Assembly (NCBI GenBank): GCA_951406725.2
Contig: OX597829.1
Location: 11,718,001-11,782,000, forward strand
Length of the DNA stretch: 64,000 bases
Reading direction: 5' to 3'
From: Octopus vulgaris
Lineage: Eukaryota
The notes under the pieces were generated by a model. It ran no database searches. It was not told where the DNA came from and was given only the letters and a program-made list of their open reading frames with translations. The position numbers and the translations under genes are program-made. This document shows, piece after piece, positions 25,570 to 43,096 of this stretch; within the stretch, counting starts at the first letter, position 1, and each line of letters starts with the position of its first letter.

Positions 25570-26935
25570 TATATATATTCACGTATCCACGACACACACT
25601 ACCTCCAACACACCACACACATACAAAATACATGCACATATACGCACACATACTTCCACACACATACATACACATATACACCCACCCACACACACCCACG
25701 AGCACACACACATATGCGCGTACACACACACACGTAAACAAACGTACACACACGCACAGGAATGCACAGAAACCTATCCCATCCAACCCCAAGCACACAT
25801 AGACACACATACCTTTAGACACACACACATAAACGTACACACACACACACTCAAGCACACGCGCGTACACACAATAAAATGAACACAACCTGACACACAT
25901 CTCCGCGGTCACACACACACACACACACATACACGCACGTACATACGCACACAATACACGCACACACATATACACACGTATATACACACACACACCAGCA
26001 CAGATGCCCCCATATACCTCCAACAAACAATACTCATACAGATATGCACACACTTATACACACATGGGCACAGACACACATGCACACAAGCACACGCACG
26101 CACATTACGCCCACACAACTCCAACCCCCCCCCCCACACACACACACACACGCATACACAAATTCACATACACACCGATACATATACATACACACAATAT
26201 ATGCCTACACGCGCACACACACATACACATACGTATACACACATATAGACACAGACACACACACACGCGCGCAGAAAAACATGCGCACACATACGCACGC
26301 ACACACGCACACGAATGCACACACCCAAAACTCGCTACCCCACGGATACACGTATATACACCCATATACGCTTACACACACACAAAGAAACGCACACGTA
26401 CACGCACACACAACTACACGCACATACGATACGACGCACATACATACACACACACACACAAATGAACCTACACATACATCCCATACACACGGCACACAAT
26501 TATACATACACGCACATAATTATACATATATGTGTGCACACATACGCACGTACAAGCACCTACGCACACATACACTAAGTAAAGCACAGTTATTCGCCAC
26601 ACACCCAAACTCTACGCATACACACACGAACACTACAAACAAAACACACACACGATACATATACATACACGCATACACACACATACTTCAAACTAGCACT
26701 ACCTACTACTGAATTGGGGTAGAGACAAAAAGAGCCACTCCCAATTTCTTCTTCCTTGACCTTAAACAATACTACAACACGCAAAGATTAACAGCCACAA
26801 CCACACACACATACACACACGCACGCACACACACACACACACACGTGTTATCATTGCACACATACACACATACACACACACGCACACGCAGACCTTCGCG
26901 CACGCACATATCCACACTTACACACACATACCTCC
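25570..26935. repeat. Cryptic (CA/TA/CG) alternating purine-pyrimidine simple sequence
   Basis: Degenerate dinucleotide tract. It is the source of the His/Thr and Cys/Val pseudo-ORFs. Confidence 0.9.
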
Positions 26936-27276
26936 TCTTGCACTCTCTTTTCTTCACCTATTTCCTTCCGGTCATTCAAAATGTGACCGCGTGTGTACCG
27001 TTGGCGATTTTTTTCCTCTGTCTTCTCTTCTCTGAATCTTTCCTTCTCCTATGTTTCCGACGAAGAGCTCCATGTTGCCCGTCTCGTTTCTCTTTTTGCT
27101 TCTTTCGTTGTTCGAAAAAAAAAGCTCTTTTTCCATGTTTTTGTTGTTTTTTTATGTTCTCGTTTTTCATTTTGCTCATGTTTTCTTTTACATCTTGTAC
27201 CCATATATGCATGTATATATATATATACATATATATGTTGGTATGTTCATATATGTATGTATGCATAAATATATAT

Positions 27277-27672
27277 ACTCTTTTACTCTTTTACTTGTTT
27301 CAGTCATTTGACTGCGGCCATGTTGGAGCACCGCCTTTAGTCGAGCAAATCGACCCCGGGACTTATTCTTTGTAAGCCCAGTACTTATTCTATCGGTCTC
27401 TTTTGCCGAACCGCTAAGTGACGGGGACGTAAGCACACCAGCACCAGTTGTCAAGCAATGCTAGGGGGACAAACACACACACACACACACACATATATAT
27501 ACATATATACGACAGGCTTCTTTCAGTTTCCGTCTACCAAATCCACTCACAAGGCATTGGTCGGCCCGGGGCTATAGCAGAAGACACATGCCCAAGATGC
27601 CACGCAGTGGGACTGAACCCGGAACCATGTGGTTGGTTAGCAAGCTACTTACCACACAGCCACTCCTGCGCC
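27277..27672 (-). mobile_element. Full-length tRNA-derived SINE
   Basis: Complete head-to-tail copy, nearly identical to 41764-42161. Confidence 0.92.
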
Positions 27673-27764
27673 TATTGTATATATATATTATATATATATT
27701 ATTTATATTATTATATGATCGAATGCCACGCATCCATTTCCAAGTAAGTTCTATATATATATAT

Positions 27765-27765
27765 G

Positions 27766-27799
<34 letters not shown>

Positions 27800-27972
27800 T
27801 GTTTTACATCCGTTTTCCATGTTGGCATGGACAGTTTTGACTGAGAGCTGGCAAGCCAGTAGGCTGCACCAGGCACCAATCTGATCTAACAAGGTTTCTA
27901 CAGCTGGATTGCCCTTTCTAATACTAACCACTCCAAGAAAGTAGTGGGTGCTTTTTATGTGTCACCGGCATC
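27765..27972 (-). mobile_element. RTE-type 3' end fragment
   Basis: The reverse complement has ccggtgacacataaaaagcacccactac..catggaaaacggatg(t/a)..(gat)n. Confidence 0.8.
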
Positions 27973-28112
27973 GGTCACATTCGGATGGTAACAGCGAATT
28001 TGAATCAAACTGTTTATATATATATATATAACAAAGTAAAGTTGTAAGGTAGCGCACGAGTGGAAATATATATATGAAAGAAGGTTTGAAAATGCAATTT
28101 TAAAGATTTTTA

Positions 28113-28160
28113 TTCACTTGACCGGTTTCACTCTTTTAGAAAAAGATTGTCAAAAGTAAA
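28113..28160 (-). ncRNA. Minimal type I hammerhead candidate, U3-A8 core variant
   Basis: tttactt TTGACAA tctttt-tct-aaaaga gt GAAAC cg GTC aagtgaa: 7-bp stem I (one G-U), 6-bp stem II and a palindromic stem III (accggt). Confidence 0.6.
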
Positions 28161-28550
28161 ATGTAAAAGTTTTATATAAGCTTTGTTGTGTTAAGTACTG
28201 GTTATCACAAAAGTATTAAAATGCAGATATACATTCTTTGATAATAATAAGAAAATGTTAAAAACAGTTTACAAGAAAGTATTTAAGAGAGTAAGCAAAA
28301 CGTGACTCAAAAAAACATTTTGAGTTCAATAAAAACCATGTTTGTTTGGTAGTATATATATACACAGAAGGAGAATTTACAAAAAAATTGTAGAGGAATA
28401 ACTGACCTGTCTTTCAGGCATTTTGTTTTGTGTGTAGCTAGGGAATGTTTGCTATTTTAAGAGACAGTGTGGGAGGTTGGTTGGGGGAAGGAAATGTGGA
28501 ATCAAAAAGAGTTTTTTGATTCAGACTAGCCCAGAAATCTTCTTTCATAT

Positions 28551-28632
<82 letters not shown>

Positions 28633-31322
28633 CACAAATTGTATGTGTTAATATGGCAGGAAGAATGCTTAGCAGTATTTGTGTCCCATCTCACTGTGAC
28701 CGGAATTGAAGCCCCACCAAGGTGAAGGCAGTGGATTTGTAGACCTGCAATTACATCTACCTGGATAAAACTATTTTTGTTCCTGCATTTTGCATTCTGT
28801 GTTCAACATCCCACCATGAATCACTTTTTGCTTGGTTTGATGCTACACCCTGGTACTTTGAATGCCTTTTGCAAGAATTTGCCTAGCTTTCTGGTTTGAA
28901 GATACTTCCCGTACCAGAGTCATTTTAATAGGTCATAGGCACAGTCTTCTTTCCTGACTATAAGAAAAAATATGCATCGATATAGAAAACACCAGAAAAC
29001 TGTACACAAGTAGATTTAAGTAATTTATTATAAATTAACCTTTACAATCATAAGTCAATTATTTCCTCTAAGTTGTAATACTCTATTACAACAGTCATAA
29101 ATAAGGAGTTTAATTTTCACAAACACAAAAAAAAACATCTGAATGCAGTTTAGTCATCTTACCTGTTGGCTGGAAAAAATTGGTACATGAGTATTATTAA
29201 TAATCATGTAAATTCAAAGATCAACATAGAAATCATTATAATGTGAGTCAATAATTTAGGCCTACATATAAAAGAATAAACAATTTCTGTATTATGTTGT
29301 GTCTGGGGAGAGTCATTTTCTTTTAGTGCCTTATAATGTAACACACTCACCGGTAAAATTTCCACTTTTTTTTAAATTTTTATTTTCTAAAATTTTCGTT
29401 GCATCTTGCAACCTTTTCAATAGTCTTGACTCTGTCCGTTATTTACACTGCATTACCTTTTGCTTGTTTCTGCACATGTGTCTGTGTGTGCCTATACATG
29501 CATGCGTGTACGTATGTATGTGTGTGTTTTCATGTGTATGTATGTATGTATATATGTGTGTGCATGCGTATGTATATATGTATGTGTGTGCATCTGTATG
29601 TACGTATCCTGCATATTTATGTGCTTGCATGTCCGTGTTTGTGTATTTTCTATGTATGTGTGTGTTAGCATGTGTCTGTATATGTATGCATCTCTGTCTC
29701 CTTGTGTGTGCATGTCTGTGTGTGTGTGTGTTATGTAACTATGCAAACCAAATCCAAAAACGAAACTTGTGTATTATTTTTGTAAAATGCAAGGGAAGTA
29801 AATATTCTTTCTTTTCTCATTTAAGAAAGAACCTCCTGTGAAAACACTTCCTGTTTGCAGAGAATTTATTGTTTGCATTTCATTGTTTTCTTTCAATGTT
29901 TTCCTTCAGTTTTCATACATCATCACAGTTAATGCTTCAAGCAGCAAGTTAAATGATTTAATTATGGAGCAAGGGCTTAGCTAAGAAAAATGAAGTTATA
30001 TTTTAACGTTATTGGTACATATGTACTGATATCAGTGAGCTAAGTTGCATGGAGATTTATCACGTCTCATTAGAAATAAAGTGATTACATAGTTGAACTT
30101 AGAAGCAAAACCCATTAGCTATTTTCTTCAACATTTTCCTGAAGAAATGTTTGTCAAAATGAATGACAAGTTTACAAGTTATGTGCATCAACTAGGCAGT
30201 ACCACAGTCATTACACTAATGGGGGAAATTAAGACATATCTCAAAATCCTTTTTCATATGCTGGTATTTTAGAAGCTTTGCAAGAAGCATAAGACACTGT
30301 AACAGTGACTACAGAAATATAAATTCATGCCCAAATATTGACATCTTGTCAGTACATGGGAAAACTCATATGTGTAGTCAATTTGGTTGTGTTCAATCAG
30401 GCAGGTGAAAGTGATATGACAATAGATAAAAATCAACAACCTCATTCAGAATATACAACAACAACCATTATATTGTATTAGTAAGTTTTATACAAATTTA
30501 TGCACTAGCTATATTTTAATGATTTTTTAAAATACTGGACTAACTACATTTCTTCAAAATCTTTGACTTCCAACAGGATTGGGAGAATTATGCAGTACCT
30601 TATAGCACTTTAACAGTTGAATTTCTGAAAATGAACCATACCAGCAAAAGGAAATATTTTTTTTCATTTATGATTCAGTATGCATTCATTTATGGAACAC
30701 AATGGTTATTTCTCCAGATAACCAAGCTGTTTTGTAGGTACTTGCAAACTCAGGGATTATCCATTTTATATGGAAATTTCAATTTCTGAATTACAAATTC
30801 TAAATTTCTGGATTTCAAATTCAAATTTCAAAGTTGTGTACAATATTCTAGCTGGAGTATTCAAGGTAAATTCTCTTTCGTAACATTTCAGTTTGAAAGG
30901 GTTAAACCTACATAATAGTTGATGGCTCAATCATTGATACTAGACATGCTTAGGTGATAAACCAGAAACTAAGAAGGATATGCTACTGTATAAATGCACT
31001 TTTTTTTGCTGTATTGTTAGAAACTACTGCAGTTACAGGTCTTTTATTTATTTATTTTTTGTTAGGCTAAAAAGAAATAGAATTACAGTTGACTGTCTTT
31101 CTCATTGCATAATTTTGGAAAATATATCAACTTCAAAAATCTTTTGACTTTACAAATTTTCATATAATATAGTGCCTTGCATTTTCTAATCTTGAATCTA
31201 CTGAAATTGTTGAAAGTTTTTATCTAATCATGTCCTCAAAACATTTTCTTAAGGCGTTATAAACTAATCTATATGTATGTTTATGTAAATGTGTAAAGTT
31301 GCTAAAACAAAAGCCTACTCAC

Positions 31323-31507
31323 CAACTTAGTATAGCAAGTTAGCTATATCCTCAAAACATCAACACCAAATAGATGAAGTTGAGTGAAATCAAGACAAGA
31401 GTTCTTTTTAGTATGGGAAATAAGCCCACTGAGCGGTGAAAAATAATTGACATATATATATATATTTAGAAGAGAATTTGTCTTGGAGTTTAAAAATGCA
31501 CCTGAAT
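31323..31507 (-). other. Candidate non-coding (UTR or lncRNA) host exon
   Basis: ttttcag| acceptor and a strong ttg|gtgagt donor on the minus strand, in non-repetitive DNA. No convincing ORF. Confidence 0.25.
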
Positions 31508-32134
31508 CTGAAAACATGTAGTCGTTTTCAAATTTTGCATAATTTGAAACCCCAAAACAAATTCTCCTATATTTTTTGCTGCATAGGAATACACTTCTTT
31601 CCATCCCCCACCACACCTCCACCCAAACACACACACACACACACACACTCACACACACTCACACACACATACACACAAACACACATACATAACCAGCAGT
31701 GAAAGATAGTGAGATGGACAAATAGATAAAGAGTGCAAGAAATAATATATATAAAAACAACAAGAGAATTTGAATTGACCATTTTAGAAATTAATTATCA
31801 GATAAATCTTTCATGCTGATATCAAATTTTAGAGACATCTTTACCTGACAGTATTAGAACTTTTGTATAAACATCTAATGCTGTTTGGTAAGATGGAACC
31901 AAAATTTATAATTGCGGCAATTAACTTTAACTTCAAATATCTCCTCTGATCTCAGCTTATGACACTTAATTATGTGTTCAAATACAAAAAGATATATATA
32001 TACTTACGATATATGTGCATATTTCATATATATTAAATTTATATTTGTATATGTATCTATGTATATGTACATATATAATATATATAATACATATACGTGT
32101 ATGTGTGTGTTGAAGAATGATACACTGAGCAGCT

Positions 32135-32365
32135 GGCGGCGAGCTGGCAGAAACATTAGCACGCCGGGCGAAATGCTTTACGGTATTTCGTCCGCCGCTG
32201 CGTTCTGAGTTCAAATTCCGCTGAGGTCGACTTTGCCTTTCATCCTTTCGAGGTCGATAAATTAAGTACCAGTTATGCACTGGGGTCGATATAATCGACT
32301 TAATCCGTTTGTCTGTCCTTGTTTGTCCCCTCTGTGTTTAGCCCCTTGTGGGTAATAAAGAAATA
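32135..32365 (+). mobile_element. tRNA-derived SINE with Meta-like central domain and a perfect 16-bp TSD
   Basis: B box gagttcaaattcc and central gcctttcatcctttcgaggtcgataaattaagtaccag. TSD gatacactgagcagct at 32119-32134 and 32366-32381. Confidence 0.92.
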
Positions 32366-33229
32366 GATACACTGAGCAGCTTTTTTTATGTGTACTACCA
32401 GATTACATATATTGTAACTTAAATTCATATCATTCAACTATCGTAGTAGTTGAATAATATTTTTAAGGCCGCAATTTACTCACACGCAGTATCTTCAGGG
32501 CTTTGTAGCTGATTCAGTTCTTAACCAAATTGAAAACTTAACATTTTGAAAAGGACTGGTCTCTAGCTACATTTTGGCAATAAAAAAAAATTAAGATTTG
32601 GTCTAGTAGAAAAAAGTTTACATCAAAATTTGTAGCAACGTTATAGGAGAGTAAGTAACGCCTCCAATCAAATTTAGATCTAAATAACTATTTTATTTTA
32701 AAAGCAAAATATATTTATCTTAGCTTTAATGATAGAAGAATGTATGAAGAATTTCATACTTTTGATCCCATGCAACAAAAAATTGTCTCAAAAATGTTGA
32801 GGTAAAATATGAAAAAATATAAGGCAAATATATGGATTTAACTTATTTATTTTAAAAACAAACAATATTTCAAGTAAGCATAAATGATAGAGCTCAATTC
32901 GAGGAATTTCATGGTATTAATCTCATGCAATGAAGTTTTAAAAGAAAAAGTTATGAGTGTTTGTTTCTCAAATTTGAGGATGATGATATAGTTCTATACT
33001 TTTTTATGACTATAGTTCTATAAGGGACTTTTGATATATATCACCGGCATCATTAAGGCAAGGAAAAAATTATCAACGACACTGCTAATTTGCTATTAGT
33101 TTACTTACATCATCTGTATTAATTAATGCAATTATATCATAAAATGAAAAACTAAAGATATTATTTAGAAATTTTGGCAATAGCCCTGCCATTTTGGCGA
33201 TCTTTCGGTTTAACTCGAAGGCACCAACA

Positions 33230-34003
33230 TCCATTTGGTGACACACTTTAAACACTAGCTTACTTCCGCAGTTTACATCAGTAAAGGAAGGAAGCGTAGT
33301 GTGTGATCGTTGTATTGACCATTAGTGAGAAAGTTAAGCAGAGCATCAGCATCAAATTTTACCAAAAACTTGGCGATACCTGCTCAGAGGCCTACGTAAA
33401 GTTTTCAGAAAGTTTTCATCGTTCTCAACACAATCAAAGATATCTTGGTGCAACTGAAACCCAAGTGTCTTCTTGATCAGCTGAAAGCACTTTTGGCACA
33501 AACTTGGCAGACACAAGTCTCATACTAAAATCTTCAGTGATAATGGACTGAACTGAACCCTAACTAATCTGCACATCCTTTGATAACTCACGGATGGTGA
33601 TTCACCGATTTCCCCTCCCAGCTGCATGCATATCTGCGATGTTTTTCTCAGTTCTGCTGGTTGCAGGTCTCCCAGAACATTTTTCGGCCATCTTGGAAAC
33701 GTCTGAACCACTCGTACATTTGTGTGCGTCTCATGCGTTCCTCTCCATAAACTTTCTTCTTTGCGTAGGCCTCTGAACAGGTACGGCCATGATATCTTTT
33801 CCTGTCATGGTCAATGCGACGATCACATGCTACACACCTTCCTTCCAAGCACTGCTGTAAACAGTGGAAGTGAGCTAGAACGTTAAGACTTAGTGCGCAT
33901 GCACAGCAGAGGTTAAGGTCAATCTGCCAAGCGGCTTCACTCAACGTGTTTTAGCACCTCGTTGCCATGGCAATAGTCCGTATATTCATTGATCAAACTT
34001 CGT
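33230..34003 (-). mobile_element. Mariner 5' fragments (N-terminal HTH), two pieces in opposite orientation
   Basis: The minus strand gives TCSEAYAKKKVYGEERMRRTQMYEWFRRFQDGRK. The plus strand at about 33327-33400 gives EKVKQSISIKFYQKLGDTCSEAYVK. A TIR-like acgaagtttgatcaa lies at about 33989-34003. Confidence 0.75.
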
Positions 34004-34263
34004 CATATGTCAAAAAACATGTAAGACAGTATCTGGACTTAAAAGACATATACTAATTCCCAAAAACATTCCTTCTGAATCAGATTCTAAAGAATAAAGA
34101 TATAGAAGAAACTTGAATAATATGTCACTTGTGTTTTAAATCCTGTCAGTCAGCAGCTGGTCTTAAAGTCATCTAAGCGTTCATCAACAGATTGTGCTGT
34201 GTGATGGGGTGTGGTGTGGGTGTTGGTGAGACGGCTAACATCTCCCAAGATGAATCAATCATC

Positions 34264-36225
<1,962 letters not shown>

Positions 36226-38153
36226 TTACAATTTCTGGCTTGGAATTTCTCTGATCCTCTTTGATGGAAAGAGGATCGGCGAAATTGTAAACCAAATCCC
36301 TTTTTTTTACTATCTTCATTTCTCCCTTACTTTTTCATTCTTAACTCAGTATGATATTCATTTCTTCTCGATCACTACTAACACTAATGAGCTTTGTACA
36401 TCCAAACAAACTGAAACACAGTTTTAATATTATTGACTGTTATGGAACATTTAGACTTGTCAACATCGAAATTTGTCAACATCGAAATTTGTAAACATGT
36501 TTTTCTAATTCATGATTCTAAATTTGTCTCTTATGAACATTTAAACTTGTCAACATTGAAACTTTTAAAGAATTTTTTCTAATTCATAATTCTAAATTTT
36601 TACCATTGATAAACAAAAAATATTGTTGAAACTAGTTTACTATATATGTAAATAAATTTATTTTTAACAGTTACAAGTTTTTCAAATTGTAGATTGGATT
36701 TTGGTAGTGATGGTAATAATTAATAATTTATATTAATAATGTTAATAATTGTGTTGATAATTATAATATTAATGATAATAATATTTATAATCGCGTACGG
36801 CTTGTTATTAATAAATTCCTTTTAGCCTTTTTCATTTATAGTTTTATTCTATTTTTCCACGCAACGTCTCCACGAGTTTTCTTTCTTATAGACGCTAAGA
36901 ACTATTATTTACGTTTATAATCTAGCGATATTTTCTCAACTAACTTTAGCAACGTTCTTTTCTCCTTTTCGTTTGGATTTTGTATTATTTTGGGATTAAT
37001 GTTTAGCTGTGGTTAATTTTTTATTGATATATGCCCCCAGCATGGCCACAGATCGTGAGCTGAAACTAGATTAAAAAAAAAAAAATTTTTTTAATATTAA
37101 TAGGTGTCTGTTAGTTTTAGTTGGATGTCTTCATATTACTTTCTCCATAAGCTGTGTTTTTTTTCTCACATTTCTTTAGTTCATGAGGCTTTAATGTTTT
37201 TTCGTATTTTTCATTGATAAAAAATTTTTGCCACTTTCATTGAGTATTTATTCTATTTCTTTGCACTAAGTCTCCACGCGATAAATTTTATAAACGCTTT
37301 AACTATTTACTTTAAAAATCAGTTACTATTTCACTTCGCAAAGCTAAGTTTGACATTATCGTTTCTCTATTTCATTTGAATTTTGAATCGTTGTGTGTTT
37401 GAAATTATTATTATTACTGTTGCTATTATTATTATTGTTGTTGTAACATTATTATTTATTTATAGTTTCTTGATAGTATTTTTTACGTTCGATTTTGGAT
37501 ATGTTATCTTTTAATTATTATAAAGGATTTTAACGTTTTACATATTATTTAATTTGAGAATTAATATTGTTAGACTATATTTATTTTAATAATTAGATAA
37601 TATTTTCATTAAATAGTATTATTTTTAAATAAACTAGTTTTTATTTTAATATATAATTTATGTTTAACTTTTTTATCGTGTGATATATTAAATCTATAGA
37701 TATTATACATGGATATTAATATAACTAATTTATATAATGCATTTGAGTATATTTGTACTATTTCAAATTTTTTATTGTATTATTCATAAATGGAATCGTA
37801 TTGAGTTCATTAATTAGACGCTAAAACATATTAATACATTTAAAATCCAGATAGATTAATTTAATCGTTGAACTTAGTAATTTAGTTTGTTTATCAATAT
37901 TGGTTAGATCTTGTTATTATTTTGAGTTTGATCGTTGTTATTATTGTTATTCACTGGTTTTGTATAGGACTGGTGATTGTGATTGTACATCTTCTTAGTG
38001 TATTGTTCTTTGGTTCTAATATTTTTGCATCTTTCTTTAATTTTGGGGTTGATAGGTTTTCTTACTTCCCATTAACATATTCTCGCTATTATATCTTTTT
38101 ATATATATTGATAGATATGTTACGATAGATATTAATTCTTATATCTCTTTTTT

Positions 38154-38221
<68 letters not shown>

Positions 38222-38640
38222 GATCTAACCTATTACATTTGATTTAATTTAAGAATTAATTTCGTCAGACAATATATTATTTAATTATTAGGTGGCTTAT
38301 TTATTTGTAATATTTAATTTTAAGTTAATTAGGTATTATATTATTTGATATTTAGTCAGCTTTGTTATAGATTGTTATATTAAATCTATAGATACTACAC
38401 TTGTATATTTATTATATGGTTAGCTTATTTAAGGAGTTTGTCTATATTTGAACCATTTCTTATTTTGATTAAAATTTAATGACTTGTACTTGTGTATTTT
38501 ATTTAATTTTAAAGTATTTAATAATTTAAGTATTGTTTTAGTTTCATTTATGGATATTCAGTATTTTCATATATATATATATATATATATATATTAAAGT
38601 ATATTTATTAATTAATCATTTTATTGTTCTAGTTTATTTT

Positions 38641-38729
38641 TAACCTGATGAGTGACTATATTTATATCGAAGTGATTTCTCTACTGCTATAATCATTTCT
38701 TAAATATAGCCACGTAACACGTGTCGTTA
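38641..38729 (+). ncRNA. Type I hammerhead motif with long stem II and one core substitution
   Basis: taac CTGATGA gtgactatattta..gaagtgatt..aatcatttc..taaatatagccac GTAAC acgt GTC gtta. GAAA is changed to GTAA. Confidence 0.7.
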
Positions 38730-38993
38730 TTCTACAAATTATATACGTTTTTATTATTATTTTTTTGCAATTTACTTAATCATTGACATTTTATTGTTAT
38801 TTTAATTTTAATATTTCTATTATATGTAATTTTCTAGATGGTGTAATTTAATTGTTCATTTTGAATTGATAAAAGTTTGTTTTTTTCTAATTTTTTATAT
38901 ATATATATATTATATTGTGTGAAATTTGATTTAGGATTTCTAAATTGAATTTTTTTCCTTGTAAGTTTGGATTTTATTCCCTCAAATAATAAT

Positions 38994-39065
<72 letters not shown>

Positions 39066-39279
39066 AATGCATAGCAAGATACCTATTTCTGCCAGTCTAT
39101 TTTTCTATCACACTCTAACCTTTCATCTGATACCGAATCACTTCCTCCAGTGCCCCTCCGTTATAGCAAGACACCTGTTCCTGCCTTTCTGTCACACTCT
39201 AACCTTTCATCCTCTGGTACAAGTTCCCCTCTTCAAATGCCCCTGCTGCTCTCAAAATTCCTTGTCTTGCGAATTGGAG

Positions 39280-39565
39280 ACCTTGCCAAAGCTGGTGCCA
39301 CGTAAAAAGCATCCGATCCACACTATAAAGTGGCTGACATTGGGAAGGGCATCCAGCTGTAAAAATCATGCCATAACTAAACTCGCCTATGCTAGTTCCA
39401 CGTAAAAAGCACAGAGACCAATCTGCAGAGTGTTTGGTGTTAAGAAGGGCATCCAACCGTAAAAGCCCCGCCAAAACAGACACTGTAGCTTTCCCACCTA
39501 GCCAGTTATTCAACTGTCCTACCCATGCAAGCATTGAAGACGGACGTTAAACGATGATGATGAGG
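39280..39565 (+). mobile_element. RTE-type 3' end with tandemly duplicated terminal module
   Basis: Two consecutive ccacgtaaaaagca..gaagggcatcca modules, then gcattgaagacggacgttaaac(gat)n. Confidence 0.75.
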
Positions 39566-40095
39566 AGGAGGAGGAGGAGGATAATGAGGAGGAGGATACA
39601 TATGGGAAGTAGCTAAGCTGCAATTAAGCATAGCAGAATTTTTATCTGTAATTTTTATTCTTTTTGTTATCGAGTGAAGTTATCAATAATTGTATATATT
39701 ATTATGTTCCTATAAAAGGGTTTAATATTAAATAAATAATTAATTATGGTGACACTAAGTATCTAAGTTTCTATTAAGCATTAAGTAGAATTATTATCTG
39801 TAATTTCTATTCTTTAGTTATTTATTAAGCTTAACGTAGAATTCTTGTTTGTAGTTTTTATTGTTTAGTTAACCAGTGACGTCATCAATAATTGTATACA
39901 AAAATACTCATTTTTAGGTCATTTTTCTTAGATTATTTTTCTATGTAGATTCCAAATTGTCAAGCAATAGAATTAGTATGGTACTTTTTTTATCTTTTAT
40001 ATTTTATAATGTAAATTAGTTACTCAATGACGTCGCTATTCGTTGAATGAATGTCTCAAGTTTAATTTGATTTAGATGATCCTCTTTGCTAGCGT

Positions 40096-40340
40096 TTACT
40101 CTTTTACTTGTTTCAGCCATTTGACTGGGTCATGCTGGAGCACCGCCTTTAGTCGAGCAAATCAACCCCAGGACTTATTCTTTGTAAGCCTAGTACTTAA
40201 TCTATCGGTCTCTTATGCCGAACCGCTAAGTTACGGGGACGTAAACACACCAGCATCGGTTGTCAAGATATATTGGTGGGAGAAACAAACACAGAAACAT
40301 AAACACACACATACATACATAATACATATATATATATAAA

Positions 40341-40386
<46 letters not shown>

Positions 40387-40550
40387 GGGCTTATTTCAGT
40401 TTCCGTCTACCAAATCCACTCACATGGCTTTGGTAGAAGAGCGTATAGTAGAAGACATTTGCCACTTGCCTAAGATGCCACGCAGTGGGACTGAACCCGG
40501 AATCATGTGGTTGGTAAGCAAGATACTTACCACACAGCCACTCCCACGCC
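40096..40550 (-). mobile_element. tRNA-derived SINE
   Basis: Same family as 27277-27672. Confidence 0.9.
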
Positions 40551-40640
40551 TATTAACAGCTAAATTTTTTTCAGTTCGAAGATATTATCATTAATTTTGA
40601 TGATACTGTTTATATGTATGTATATATATATATATATATT

Positions 40641-42361
<1,721 letters not shown>

Positions 42362-42465
42362 AGCACAGTTGCTAGTTTATAAGAGATGTAACTAGTAACT
42401 CTACGGAAAAGTAGTGGTTGTTACCACCTCAACGTGGTTGTTTTGCATAGAACAATGCTACTACT

Positions 42466-42808
42466 GCTCTATATTTAAGAGATGAGGAATTATGTACATT
42501 ATTTATATTATTTACGTTATTTATATTTGACGGATATTTGTCCTCATCTTGCTTGTTGTTAACACTGATATACCCTCCAGCCTTTATCAGGTGTCTTGGG
42601 GAAAATTTTGAACCTGGGTTCTCATTCATAAGGTTTTTCTTTTTGATGTTATTATTATTATTATTAAGGTCACTGTCTGGAATCGAACTTGGAATATTGG
42701 GGTTAGCAACCCGCGCTTTTAACAACTACGCCCACGGGTATATGGCGTAGTGGTTAAGAGTACGGGCTACTAACCCCAAGATTCCGAGTTCGATTCCAGG
42801 TAGTGATC

Positions 42809-42866
<58 letters not shown>

Positions 42867-42892
42867 TGATGATGATGATGATGGTGATGAGG

Positions 42893-42947
<55 letters not shown>

Positions 42948-43096
42948 CGTCAAAAAGAAAAACCTTAGGAATGAGAAGCCAGGTTCAAAATTTCCTCAAG
43001 ACCCCTAATGAAGGCTGGAGGGTATATCAGCCAAAACGCCGTGTTAACAACAAACAAGATGAGGACAAATATCCGTCAAATATAAATAATGTACAT
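42466..43096. mobile_element. Inverted (head-to-head) pair of tRNA-headed SINE-like units with hammerhead-like tails
   Basis: Each arm is an A/B-box head, then (taa)n, then a tail of about 150 nt with a CTGATGA..ggctg/cagcc motif. A 12-bp direct repeat aatgctactact flanks the pair at 42454-42465 and 43097-43108. Confidence 0.8.

Noticed and set aside
39600-40060. Diverged short tandem duplications (ttaagc..agaatt..tgta.ttt)
   Set aside because: Only three or four degenerate AT-rich copies, with no structure or function I can support.
42733-42810. tRNA gene
   Set aside because: A and B boxes are present, but there is no proper acceptor stem or terminator, and it is fused to a repeat tail. 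It is a SINE head.
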